A stretch of 64,000 nt of DNA from Haliotis cracherodii (Eukaryota): contig NW_027266343.1 of NCBI RefSeq assembly GCF_022045235.1, positions 27,900,001-27,964,000 on the forward strand. The letters are read 5' to 3'. The position numbers and the translations under genes were made by a program. Each line of letters starts with the position of its first letter. Within the stretch, counting starts at the first letter, position 1. Below, in pieces: positions 38,439 to 51,074 of the stretch. Below the pieces are notes generated by a model. That model ran no database searches. It was not told the DNA's origin and saw nothing but the letters and a program-made list of their open reading frames with translations.

Positions 38439-39112
38439 CATTAATGTGCTTGTGGATTTTATCATGATAAAAGTCTGTGACCTTTGTCACTTTTTGCTTT
38501 CCTCCAAAATTGAGCTAATATGCTTGATATGACTAACCACAAGCAAAATACTGTATTTCGTCTATTAGACACCAGGCCTCCAATGACGTCGGTTCGTATG
38601 CTCTGTCCAAAACATGAGAAGCCAGGTCTCTATTTGATGCCGGGTAATTAATAATGACCGTATTACTAGATCTTTGGATTCTAGTTATACGCTTGCGCAA
38701 ATTTAATAGACACCAAGGCTAATAGAGGAGATATGGTATGTGTGAGACAAGCTTGCCCTCCAAACCCATGCAATAAAGGCAGGGTAGGTGAAAATAGTGT
38801 CTGAGACAATTCCTGAGGAATAATTAGAAAAACAATTGCACAAATCTATCGGTGTTTCCCATGGCTTTTGACACTGCCTGTCCCAGTGGACTGGCAACTC
38901 TAAAAGTCTCAACTTTGAACAAATATATAAATGTATGAAAACTGCCTTGTTTTGATTCTTTCAACATCATGTTCAATGTGGTGTGTGTTCATGGCAGACA
39001 CATTCAATGGTGTCATCTCTGAAGTAACTTAGATGTACACATCATTCACACAAAGTTCAATTATATTTTCTCTGCTTTTCTTTGTCACTTTGGTTCAAGA
39101 CTAAGTCACTAC

Positions 39113-39671
39113 CAATCTCATTAAAATCAGATCTTAGTTCTCGCTATCGCTAAACGAAGATCTGAAGACATCTCATTTCTTGTCACGTCAGAACGACCTT
39201 TCATCCGACCAATCAAAGCGTAGCTTACCAGAAAAACGTTAACACGGGGTATTCCAAATGACCGTTACAGCCCGTACAGCTGATTCCGTCACAATTATCG
39301 TCTATCTCTCGCCTCCGTGGGATAAACATTTTAACAGAGGAGGCGTTGAACAGTACGTGGGAAGCACTGCCATACAATCTCAATCATATTAGACATTCCG
39401 GAATGTTCGTTTTTTCAGTTTTCCAAATGTTAATCGAGAACTGTGTCCACTTATTTTTCAAGCGATGTCTAAAATGGAAGTCGCCAGCTTGAAACGAGTG
39501 CTGTAAAACTAGTGAAAGCTGCTTTCTAATTGGCTGATGTCAACTTCTTGTTCGTCATTTCAGTGGTCGGTCAAAGTTTGTGAAAGGTCGTTCTGACGTG
39601 ACCCTTAATGAGGTGTCCTCAGATCTTTGCTTAGCGGCAGCGAGAACTAAGATCTGATTTTAATGAGATTG
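39113..39671. mobile_element. Mutator-like MITE with ~90-bp TIRs and a perfect 9-bp TSD
   Basis: TIR caatctcattaaaatcagatcttagttctcgct..., with TSD agtcactac at 39104-39112 and 39672-39680. Confidence 0.9.
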
Positions 39672-40222
39672 AGTCACTACAAAGAGATCTTTATCCTTGA
39701 GACACAGCAAAAGGTTATTTCCTTGAACAACGGGAAACCCTGATGTTTACTGAAACCTACGTTATCAACTCACCACAAAATAATAGTTATAACCTTTATT
39801 CCCGCAAAACAACGTCACCAGAAAGTCTATAAACTATACATTATATAATCAAAAGAAATAGAGGAAAATGCACCAACAGGAACAACGGGAAACCCAGACA
39901 AGCTGACTTTGTTCGAAAAATATAGTTTATTGATTATCACCAATGTTTTGGTTAACAACAATTATGTATAAGGTACCGGTACTATATTTGCCGTTCCACA
40001 AGGACTGGCAGCCACATGATTTACTGTCCAAAGCCTAACACTACTGGTAAAAAAACCTTGTAAATACCGGTAAACGGGAACGCTGTGTATGTACAATATT
40101 GAAAGTGTTTATAGAATGCATTCTTACCCATATTATAAATATGCGAGGTAAAGATGCAGAAATAAAATTTGATTTCTAATTGCAGTAACAATAAGTGCTT
40201 CCTCTGCTGAACAATTTTCAAG

Positions 40223-41009
40223 ATGGAGAAACAGTATTCAGTTGAGTTCTTTATGAACTTTGTGGAAAACATTCAGAATCTATGTCACAACTTTCTTGAG
40301 TTCAATCAGAATGTGGAGGTGAGCGGCTATGTCTGTGTGGACATCGACAACATGAAGAAGGAGAGGTATGTTCTCAGTGAGATAGTCCAAATGGGAGGCA
40401 ACTCCATCAGCGAGAGCTACTGTACTAAAGTCTTCAAAACCACTCCCACAGGCACTGTGCAGAGGAGTGGATTCCGGGACATCACAAACGCTCGAGTCCC
40501 CAGTACAGCAACAAGTTCGGGGGAAGTGAATGTGCCAGGACATTCGTATTCATCACAAAGGATGAGGACTGGTCATCAGAGGAAAAGTGAAAGCTCCCAC
40601 ACATTATCTTTGAACATGGCTGTTTCACCAAGGTCACAAACAAAGACAGCTATTGACCAAACTTGTAGTGTCTTTCAAGGTCATAATGCCAGTTCAAACA
40701 GTAATAGTAGTTTTCTTAACCCCAGTGTGACAGGCATTCAAGGACGTGAGTCTGGCTCAGGGGATTCCCAAAATCGGACGAAGTCAAGACAGTTGACTCC
40801 AAAAGTATGTAGACCAGCAACAGTGCCTAACAGTTCTGTGCTTAAAAGACGGTGTGAACCTTCCCCCCTGTCAGACAGCGGTGATGATGCGGATGTGATA
40901 GTTGTGAAGCAAGAGCCGTGTGACGAGGAGCGGGAGGAGCACGGCGATCAGCCTCCTGTCAAGCGCCGGAGCGAGACGTTCCGTCTACCTTCATCACTAA
41001 CAGGAGGAG
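40223..41009 (+). CDS. Common first coding exon (A) of a zinc-finger gene: shared unnamed N-terminal domain plus Ser-rich linker
   Basis: Acceptor ttctaattgcag before 40186, ATG at 40223, donor gag|gtatgt after 41009 (787 nt, phase 1). The first ~73 aa align without gaps to the N-terminus of the minus-strand gene. A SUMO consensus VKQE is present. Confidence 0.85.
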
Positions 41010-41276
41010 GTATGTAGTTATTTCATCAGTCATCGTCATGCTGTTTTTATGTTCTCTTAGTAATATTTGAATGTTGAATGCTATGCAATGCTCAGATTTA
41101 ATGATATGGCTATACACTATCTCTGCAACAGTAAACCTGCTCACATGAAAATGTTTTGTCATTGCTATACATTTACGTTTTTACAAGACAGTACTCACCA
41201 CAAGTAGGTCTGGGGAGCAATCCTTCTAAATCTGTAAATAGGTAATGCTTCTGCAATAATGTTTCCAAAATGGTTG

Positions 41277-41396
41277 CAGCATTAGAAATTGGCACGAGTC
41301 CTGTAGTCCTGTCCAAGAAATTTGCGGTTTTAAGGGGTTTGCTATATGTTATCATTATAAGGACTAGTGGGCTAAAACTGTTAGTTTCTACTGCTG
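41277..41396 (-). mobile_element. Small MITE, inverted homologue of 38283-38438
   Basis: Termini cagcattagaaa ... tttctactgctg and shared internal blocks. Confidence 0.6.
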
Positions 41397-41512
41397 GTTT
41401 GCCTGAAGAATTGTTAGAAATTTACAGGGCTCCCAGGCTCCCATAGGTCTTTTGACTATGATTCAATCTGAGGACCATCAACCATTATTCTTGAAATGTT
41501 TTTCGCATGATC

Positions 41513-42670
41513 CCTTTGACTTTAATCCTTTGTAAGGATTAGGAACACTATTGGCTTTAATCCTTTGTGGGGAACACTGTTGGCATTAATCCTTTGTAAG
41601 GACCACTTGATTCAAGCCTTGGAACATGTGGTAGGGAACACTTTGACTTTAATCCTTGATAGGGAACACTTTGACTTTAATCCTTGTAGGGAGCACTTTG
41701 ACTTTAATCCTTGTAGGGAGCAGTTTGATTTTAATCCTTTGTAAGGAACACTTGATTTCAATCCTTGTGGGGAAGAACTTGACTTCAATCCTTTGTAAGG
41801 AGCACTTTGACTTTAATCCTTTGTAGGGAACACTTTGACTTTATTCCTTTGTAAGGTGCACTTTGACTCTTAATCCTTGTAGGGAACATTTTGACTTTAA
41901 TCCTTGTAGAGAACAATGGACTTCAATCCTTTGTAGGGGACACTGGACTTCAATCCTTTGTAGGGAACACTTTGACTTTAATCCTTTGTAAGGAGCACTT
42001 TGACTTTAATCCTTTGTAAGGAACACTTTGACTTTAATCCTTTGTAGGGAACACTTTTACTTTAATCCTTCGTAGGGGGCACTTTGACTTTAATCCTTTG
42101 TAGAGAACTCTTTGACTTTAATCCTTTGTAGGGAACACTTTGACTTTAATCCTTTGTAAGGAGCACTTTGACTTTAATCCTTTGTAAGGAACACTTTGAC
42201 TTTAATCCTTTGTAAGGAGTACTTTGACTTTAATCCTTTGTAAGGAGCACTTTGACTTTAATCCTTGTAAGGAACACTTTGACTTTAATCCTTTGTAAGG
42301 AACACTTTGACTTAAATCCTTTGTTAGGAGCACTTTGACTTTAATCCTTGTAAGGAACACTTTGACTTTAATCCTTTGTAAGGAACACTTTGACTTTAAT
42401 CCTTTGTTAGGAGCACTTTGACTCTAATCCTTTCTAAGGAACACTTTGACTTTAATCCTTTGTTAGGAGCTCTTTGACTTTAATCCTTTCTAAGGAGCAC
42501 TTTGACTTTCATCCTTTGTAAGGAACACTTTGACTTTAATCCTTTGTAAGGAGCACTTTGACTTTAATCCTTTGTAAGGAACACTTTGACTTTAATCCTT
42601 TATAAGGAACACTTTGACTTTAATCCTTTGCAAGGAACACTTTGACTTTAATCCTTTGCAAGGAACACTG
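41513..42670 (+). repeat. 28-bp intronic minisatellite (~40 units), almost all with TAATCC
   Basis: Unit ctttgactttaatcctttgtaaggaaca, degenerate at the 5' end and more homogeneous at the 3' end. Confidence 0.92.
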
Positions 42671-43434
42671 TTGATGACCAATTGCTTTATTCATCCTTAC
42701 ACAAGCCAGAGCTAAACATGTTTATAAAGTTATTTGAGTTGTGGGAAAAGATTTTCCTTTGGGAAATTGATTCTAGTGTCTCCATCTGATACATAGTGCA
42801 CATTACAAGAGCTATGTTGATGTCTTTAGAGGCTTGGTCATGTTGATCATAAAGCTGTATTTCTCAAGACAACAGGAATTCCAGGAAACTTCCTGATGCT
42901 TGTGATCATTGGTTCATATATTGTGAATCACACCCCGGACATCAATGGCATCATTGTAATTTCACAAAGGTCAGATGATGGTGATCATGTTGATGATTAT
43001 AATACTTACTTACTTGTATGTATTTGTTTCTCAGAGGGACCTTTACTACTTGTGTTTGAAGATGTCTGCATGATAAGATACAAATATGTTTGTGGAGCCA
43101 CAGCAAGCCAGGCATCAATAGTGGTAATCTAATCATGGTTGCTAATAACAACGCTGAGTATGTGTGATTTGCCAATCAGAATGATCAATCTTCTGGCTAT
43201 GTCGCTGAAATTAGTAAATAGATTTATAACATAAAGCCAGATATTCAGTGAACACCAGATAAGGTAATTACAGGACTAATTTGTGTACTTCAGTTCAAAT
43301 TTGACATGCTCCTGTCGGTGTTACTGGCACCAGGTAGTGTAGGTTGCTGCTGTATATGGATATGGATGTAGGTGCTCCTGGCCACAATGTTCAAGGTACA
43401 TCTGTTGAAGAGGATGTCTTGCTTTCATCTGCAG

Positions 43435-43994
43435 GCTCAGGCTGGGCTCCTGACGACGACGATGATGCCTCAGACTCCATGTTCTACACTGAAACCTCTT
43501 CCGACCTGGCAGACTCGGGAACAGAAGTGCATCAATTTGCAACAACTGTGGATGCGTCTTCAGAGCATGGAGCCAAGCCTAGCATAGCCAGTGTTGTCAG
43601 TAATATGCGCCCAGCTCCACTTGTTACAGAGACTGCCGGTGGTAAGAAGATGACTTGTCAGCTGTGTGGCAACTCGGCCTGGTCCGACATGGGCTTCATG
43701 ATGCATATGAACAACCACCCATCGTGTAAAGAGTGTGGGGTCTACATGGCCACCCACATGGATCTGCGGGGCCACATTGAGATGGAGCATGGCCGGATGA
43801 ACATGCACATGTGCAGATTCTGTGACAAGGTGTTCTTGACGAAGAGCGGAGTGACAGAACATCAGCGCCTCAAGCATGAGAAGACTGCCCCCAAGTTTGT
43901 GTGTATGATTTGCGGCCATGTTTGTGTCCGGAAACGCCATCTTGAAGATCATGTGGAAAATGTTCACAACAGAAGGAACAAATTGACTCCATAG
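43435..43994 (+). CDS. Terminal exon B: acidic linker plus 4 C2H2 zinc fingers (448-aa isoform with exon A)
   Basis: Acceptor tcttgctttcatctgcag| at 43435 is phase 1 in the 43344-43994 ORF. Fingers: CQLC..HMNNH, CKEC..HIEMEH, CRFC..HQRLKH, CMIC..HVENVH. The exact acceptor is uncertain, since a weaker phase-1 site exists at 43372. Confidence 0.78.
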
Positions 43995-44707
43995 TGCTTG
44001 TGTGTGTGTTTGTGTGTCAACAAGGAAAGGGCTTAGATAATATTATTATATCTTCATATTAGAATGATCAGGTCTGATTGGTTCATGTGATCTTGATAAA
44101 ATACTATGTATCCCACCAGGGAGGGAAATAAATTTCTGATTGTGAAAATAAATCCCTTATAGTTATACCCCACCTTGAAGAAAACAGACTGCACATGGAT
44201 TTCTGAGCAGGAGATAAATCACTTATACCCCCCTTCATAGCAAAAGGCCGCACACTTTTTCCGAGTCAATGATGCATCATGACATAGCACAAATTAACCT
44301 CAGCTCAATCGAACAGCTGTTTTCTATCAATTTTGAATTATGTTTTAATACTCTTGCAATGGCAAATTATAACATGTCAGGAAGATAAATTTGTTGTAGC
44401 AATATCACTAGGAGTACATGTGGTTTTATGCGTCCCTTGTTAGGTTTTATACCACGAGTCGGATGAAACCTAACACGTGAAACATCATGTACCCCTTGTG
44501 ATACTGCTACAACTTATATTAATTTGAACCAACAATTCCTGTTGGTTGTCCATCCAGAATATTTTTCAATTTGAATAACTTCACATCAGTAAGAATATCT
44601 GTATGGTATAAGCAGGATATAAGGTAGAATATAATTAAGTGGAAATTAGGGCTGAATTGTAATCAGAAAATACAAAATGTTCTACCTCTGAATTACGCGT
44701 CATATGT

Positions 44708-45260
44708 CATCTTCCCGAGGCAAGGGATTATAAAATTGCAGTTTCCAACCTTGCCAAACTAGGCTGGAATTTCGTGGTTCGATCGTTGTGCCACCAGTGA
44801 CTATAACGAGTTATGTCCCTTCTATGTCTGTCCTATTGGCCAAACAGATTCAACCTTTCACGTCACTTGCATATGCTTCAAACAAAATGGTATTGCTCTA
44901 TTACATGATCTGATCAATTTAATCGAAAGAAGTTTCCCATTCCCTGCCAGACAGACACCTGGTGCCAATCAGTCAAGTCTTTGCAGGATGGAAAAGACAT
45001 TTTCTTTTCAACAAAGAGATGTAATAGGAAAACCCTATCGTGTGATGTGTGCCAGTTTTGTATGAAATCTTATACTCGCACCTATGCATTCGGCCAAAAT
45101 CTGCACGCTATCGCCATGTTGTTTACCGCCATGTGGATATCGTTACACCATTTTATATTGGACTATGCAAAGACTCGTCATGCCAGCTAACATATAACTC
45201 AGACGTTCCAGCCTAGTTTGGACTTTCCTAGTCAGTTAACTCCCTTGCCTTGGGAAGATG
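44708..45260. mobile_element. MITE, same family as 61494-61977
   Basis: Termini catcttcccgaggcaaggga / tcccttgccttgggaagatg and subterminal ccaaactaggctggaa / ttccagcctagtttgg. Confidence 0.8.
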
Positions 45261-46117
45261 GTCGTATATTGCTGTCTCACTACAAAACAACTCACCTCAT
45301 TGTATTGAGCAATTTTATGTCACTTGTGGTGGAGTACTGTGGGGTGAACTGTTTGCTTCAAAACATGTCAATACAACAAGATTTCTGAATGTATTTTGGT
45401 GGGGAAAGTTTGAGTATGTCTTCAAGAGCAAACAAACATAAGTAAAAATAATACATGATATTGCATATTAAGTAAGATAAAAACATGTGTGACACTAAGC
45501 TTCTTTATTTGAATTAATATTGTTACATTAAATAATTGACACTTCTCTGGGACCCCCATATTTTAACCTGGAGCTCCAAAGGTTGCGAGTCCCTTGGACC
45601 CCCAAACAGATAATCCAGGTAAATGCCTGACAGTGTACTTATCCTAATGTATGTAGAGTAGAGGTACACCACAGGAAAACTTTACAGCTTGTTTTGAGAA
45701 ATATTGAAGGGACGTGTGAATACATTTGCTTTCAACTTTCCATTCTGTGTTGGCCCGGACCAACAAGATGCACAATGTCTTTGTTATCTTATATCACTGT
45801 TTGTGAAAGGCATTACAAAAATGGTTTTGCATTTCGTACAAAGGTGTCAAAACATTGCATTAAAACTGCTCCCAGTTATGAAATAGTCTTTAGTTGATTC
45901 TAGTGCTATGAAGGAGTATTATTTGAAGCCAGATGTAGCAGTGTTTGTGAAAAAGCCTGCACTACCAAAATACTTGTAGTATGTGTAGAATGTGTATGTG
46001 AACTCTTGATACTGCCCATACAAGTGATAATAAACATGGACTTAGTAAATGAAATGATGTTTGCTTATCCTTAACGTTGATGGAAGGTTTTACTTACATT
46101 AATACATAGTCAACACC

Positions 46118-47695
46118 CGTTACTATTGACATAATTATCATGATCAATTCAACACACGTTACAATTTACATAATTAACATGATCAATTCGTCACATGTTA
46201 CTATTGACATAATTATCATGATCAATTCAACACACGTTACAATTTACATAATTAACATGATCAATTCGTCACACGTTACTATTTACATGATTAACATGAT
46301 CAATTCATCACGCGTTACTATTTACATAATTAACATGATCAATTCGTCACATGTTACTATTTACATAATTAACGTGATCAATTCATCACACGTTACTATT
46401 TACATAATTAACATGATCAATTCGTCACACGTTACTATTTACATGATTAACATGATCAATTTATCACACGTTACTTCATATATTTACATAATTAACATCA
46501 TCAATTCGTCACATGTTACTACTTGTATTTAAATAATCAACATGATCAATTTGTCACACGTTACTATTTACATAATTAACATGATCAATTCGTCACACGT
46601 TACTACATGTATTTAAATGATTAACATGATCAATTCGTCACACGTTACTATTTACATAATTAACATGATCAATTAGTCACACACTGCTACATGTATTAAA
46701 TAATTAACATGATCAATTCAACACACGTTACTATTTACATAATTAACATGATCAATTCGTCACAGGTTACTATTTACATAATTAACATGATCAATTCGTC
46801 ACACGTTACTATTTACATAATTAACATGATCAATTCGTCACGCGTTACTATTTACATAATTAACATGATCAATTCGTCACATGTTACTATTTACATAATT
46901 AACGTGATCAATTCATCACACGTTACTATTTACATAATTAACATGATCAATTCGTCACATGTTACTATTTACATGATTAACATGATCAATTTATCACACG
47001 TTACTTCATATATTTACATAATTAACATCATCAATTCGTCACATGTTACTACTTGTATTTAAATAATCAACATGATCAATTCATCACATGTTACTATTTA
47101 CATAATTAACATGATCAATTAGTCACACACTGCTACATGTATTAAATAATTAACATGATCAATTCAACACACGTTACTATTTACATAATTAACATGATCA
47201 ATTCATCACACGTTACTCTTTACATAATTAACATGATCAATTCGTCACAGGTTACTATTTACATAATTAACATGATCAATTCGTCACACGTTACTATTTA
47301 CATAATTACCATTATCAATTTGTCACACGTTACTATTTACATAATTTTACATAATCAATTGGTCACACGTTACTATTTACATAATTAACATGATCAATTC
47401 ATCACACATTACTATTTACATAATTAACATGATCAATTCGTCACACTTTACTATTTACATAATTAACATGATCAATTCATCACACGTTACTCTTTACATA
47501 ATTAACATGATCAATTCATCACACGTTAGTACATATATTTACATAATTAACATGATCAATTCATCACACCTTACTATTTACATGATTAACATGATCAATT
47601 CATCACACATTACTACATATATTTACATAATTAACATAATCAATTTGTCACACGTTACTATTTTCATAATGAACATGATCAATTTGTCACACATA
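46118..47695 (+). repeat. 39-bp AT-rich minisatellite (with 45-bp variants, ~40 units)
   Basis: Unit aattaacatgatcaattcgtcacacgttactatttacat, giving the MINSSHVTIYIIN pseudo-ORFs. A higher-order duplicated block is visible (about 46260-46530 vs 46790-47060). Confidence 0.92.
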
Positions 47696-47710
47696 TTAAT
47701 GTAATTAGTA

Positions 47711-48447
47711 ATTTATTATCCCCTGCCCAACGAAGTTGGCGGGGAATATAGAAACGGTCTCCGTCCCTCTGTCTGTCCATCCATCACGTTTCGTTTCCGG
47801 AGCATAACTCAAACCGTTAAATATTTTTTCATGAAACTTTGCATGTCTGTCAGGTACATGCTGAACTGGTGCCTTTTGATATTTAGAAATTTTAGAAAAA
47901 TTTATTTTTTACGTTTCCATGGCACAACATAAAATGTGTGTGGCACTCGTGGCAGCCTACTTTCTCGCAGTGAGTGCCGGTAACATGACACTAATGTTTT
48001 TTCTTTCTCCCACGCTAATGAATTCAGCAGTAAATGTAGTAACTGGTTTTGTCAGTTTGCACTTACATCATGTTTTTTGTGGAGAAGGTTTCATTTTTTT
48101 TCCTGAACTTCATAGAAATTGTGTTTTGCTGCTTTTTATTTTGTTTCTTCAGGATATTTTACATCAAGTAGATGCTCCCCTGCTGCCTATTACACCTTAC
48201 AAAGTTTTGAATATTTTCAAATGTATGTGTTTGTGTGATCAAATTTCACTATTGTTGACATAATATACACTTCATTTGCTGGGCAGGAGACTTGGCCACG
48301 TTAGGCAAACTCTTCTTTTTTTACAATTTCCATGACAACAAGTTCAACCTCGGTTAAAAAAGGTTAGGGTTTGTTTAGATTTAATTATGTCATAAATTCT
48401 GCAACAGGGGCGGGGGATATAGCCACGTTAGTGGCAAACTCTTGTTT
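47711..48447 (+). mobile_element. DINE-1/HINE-like non-autonomous rolling-circle (Helentron-associated) element
   Basis: T-rich insertion site, 5' subTIR tatcccctgcc with a nearby inverted copy ggcggggaata, ccgtc/ctgt microsatellite-like tract, 3' subTIR ggcgggggata, and stem-loop gccac-gtta-gtggc before the terminal tcttgtt. Confidence 0.7.
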
Positions 48448-48809
48448 TAGTTGATAATTTATTGGATGAGCAAAATAACAGAACCCAAGTACAGTTTCCA
48501 CTAATATACAATTCCAAGACTAGTGCTATGACTTGTACATATTATGATGATTAGTTAATAAAAGATAATTTCAAATGCTTTTGGTGACCTACAATATTGA
48601 CTTGACTTCTTGATTTCACCACTGGCTACCTGGAGAAAAACTTTAACTTGGAAGCCTGATTACTATTTACTTTACTTTGTTACTAAATCACAAAGGTGGC
48701 CGCTCTCCTACACAGCACAGACAGGTAGAAACATTGCCAGTCTTCTCTCACCAGGATGGTGTAAGTTGAACTCATATCCTGTGTGTCATGCAGTCCTTCC
48801 ATCAGAACT

Positions 48810-49075
48810 AGATCCAGGGTAGAATAGGTCTTCAGCAACCCACCCTTGCCATAAAAGGCAACTATGCTTGTAGTAAGAGGCGACAAATAAGATCGGGTGG
48901 TCAGGCTTGCTGACTTGGTCGATGCATGTCATAGATCCCAATTGCGGAATGTTGCTCATGATATTAATCACTGGACTGTCTGGTTCAGACTCGATTATTT
49001 ATAGACCACCGTCATACACCTGTTATGTTGCTGAGTGCGGCGTTAAACAACAAACCAACCAACCAACCAACCATC
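48810..49075 (+). mobile_element. SINE with Nin/Deu-like core and (AACC)n tail
   Basis: cttgtagtaagaggcgac..gatcgggtggtcag core and a 3' gctgagtgcggcgttaaacaacaaaccaacc tail. Confidence 0.65.
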
Positions 49076-49112
49076 AAAACTAGTTTAATTTTATTTGGAA
49101 ATCTTAAAGGAA

Positions 49113-50338
49113 CATCAATATCATGTCCCCCCCAGCTCATCAGTATCCTATCCACACATCCTCTCATCATATCCACACATCAATATCATGTCCCCCCCAG
49201 CTCATCAGTATCGTATCCACACCTCCTCTCATCGTATCCACACATCAATATCATGTCCCCCCCAGCTCATCAGTATCATATCCACACATCCTCTCATCGT
49301 ATCCACACATCAATATCATGTCCCCCCCAGCTCATCAGTATCGTATCCACACCTCCTCTCATCGTATCCACACATCAATATCATGTCCCCCCCAGCTCAT
49401 CAGTATCGTATCCACACCTCCTCTCATCGTATCCACACATCAATATCATGTCCCCCCCAGCTCATCAGTATCCTATCCACACATCCTCTCATCGTATCCA
49501 CACATCAATATCTTGTCCCCCCAGCTCATCAGTATCGTATCCACACCTCCTCTCATCGTATCCACACATCAATATCTTGTCCCCCCAGCTCATCAGTATC
49601 CTATCCACACATCCTCTCATCGTATCCACATCAATATCATGTCACCCCAGCTCATCAGTATCCTATCCACACATCCTCTCATCGTATCCACACATCAATA
49701 TCTTGTCCCCCCAGCTCATCAGTATCCTATCCACACATCCTCTCATCGTATCCACACATCAATATCTTGTCCCCCCAGCTCATCAGTATCCTATCCACAC
49801 ATCCTCTCATCGTATCCACACATCAATATCATGTCACCCCAGCTCATCAGTATCCTATCCACACATCCTCTCATCGTATCCACACATCAATATCATGTCA
49901 CCCCAGCTCATCAGTATCCTATCCACACATCCTCTCATCGTATCCACACATCAATATCTTGTCCCCCCAGCTCATCAGTATCGTATCCACACCTCCTCTC
50001 ATCGTATCCACACATCAATATCTTGTCCCCCCAGCTCATCAGTATCCTATCCACACATCCTCTCATCGTATCCACATCAATATCATGTCCCCCCCAGCTC
50101 ATCAGTATCCTATCCACACATCCTCTCATCGTATCCACATCAATATCATGTCCCCCCCAGCTCATCAGTATCCTATCCACACATCCTCTCATCGTATCCA
50201 CATCAATATCTTGTCCCCCCAGCTCATCAGTATCATATCCACACATCCTCTCATCGTATCCACATCAATATCATGTCACCCCAGCTCATCAGTATCATAT
50301 CCACACAGCCTCTCATCGTATCCACACATCAATATCAT
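49113..50338 (+). repeat. ~65-bp C-rich minisatellite (~19 units)
   Basis: Unit catcaatatcatgtcccccccagctcatcagtatcctatccacacatcctctcatcgtatccaca. It has no TAA/TAG/TGA on the + strand, hence three overlapping long ORFs. Confidence 0.92.
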
Positions 50339-50362
50339 ACCCTCACATCTGAAGGATCCTTG

Positions 50363-50972
50363 TGTTCTGAAGACATGTTCTGAAGACATGTTCGTTCATT
50401 AAAAGTGTGCTCCATAACGCACCCGGAGCCTATAGATCGCGCTTCACGTGCACTCGTGTTAGTTTTAAAAAGGAATCTGTTCTCCAAAACACACCCGATG
50501 CATAACGATCGCATCGCCTGAACACACCAACGTATGGCTGTGACTGCACGTGAAATGTGAGGATGTAAGCAAATATAAGGCGGTAGCGCGCATCAGTTAG
50601 TTAGTTGGTCATAGTTCGCTAGAGAGCTGGTTAGAGTTCGCTAGATGGTTAGTTAGATGGTTAGACAGTTGACCAGAGTTCGTTAGAGAGTTCGTTGGTT
50701 AGACATGGCGTTAGACAGTGTTAGACAGTGTTAAGACTCCCTTAGGAGTAACTGTTAGAATTAGCATTTAGTTTCTTTCATTTGAGGTTGATTCATCTTT
50801 CCTTCATATAATAACAGGTAATCACGTTTAGTTCCTTATAGGTCTTCATAGTTTTATAACAGGTTATCACGTTTAGTTCCTGGATACCACAAAAAAGGTA
50901 AGTCATACAAATTTTACATTAGTTTTCATTTAAGTTAAACCACGCTCAAATATTCAGTTCCACTGCGCAACA
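50363..50972 (+). repeat. 5' LTR
   Basis: Starts tgttctgaagaca (x2) and ends gcgcaaca. It appears identical to 56730-57339. Confidence 0.95.
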
Positions 50973-51074
50973 TTTGGTAGCAGAGCGTGGTTTCTCTGGT
51001 TAGAATATTTTAGTTTTGTATTAGGCTTTCGTTAGTTTAGCATTAGGTATAGCTGATTGTTACATGCAAGCAGT

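Noticed and set aside
46140-47704. MINSSHVTIYIIN repeat ORFs
   Set aside because: Translations of a 39-bp AT-rich satellite with interspersed stops.
49025-50402. Three overlapping 409-452-aa ORFs in all forward frames
   Set aside because: They arise from a ~65-bp minisatellite with no stop triplets on the + strand. Unit length varies by 1-3 nt without frame conservation, so this is not evidence of coding.
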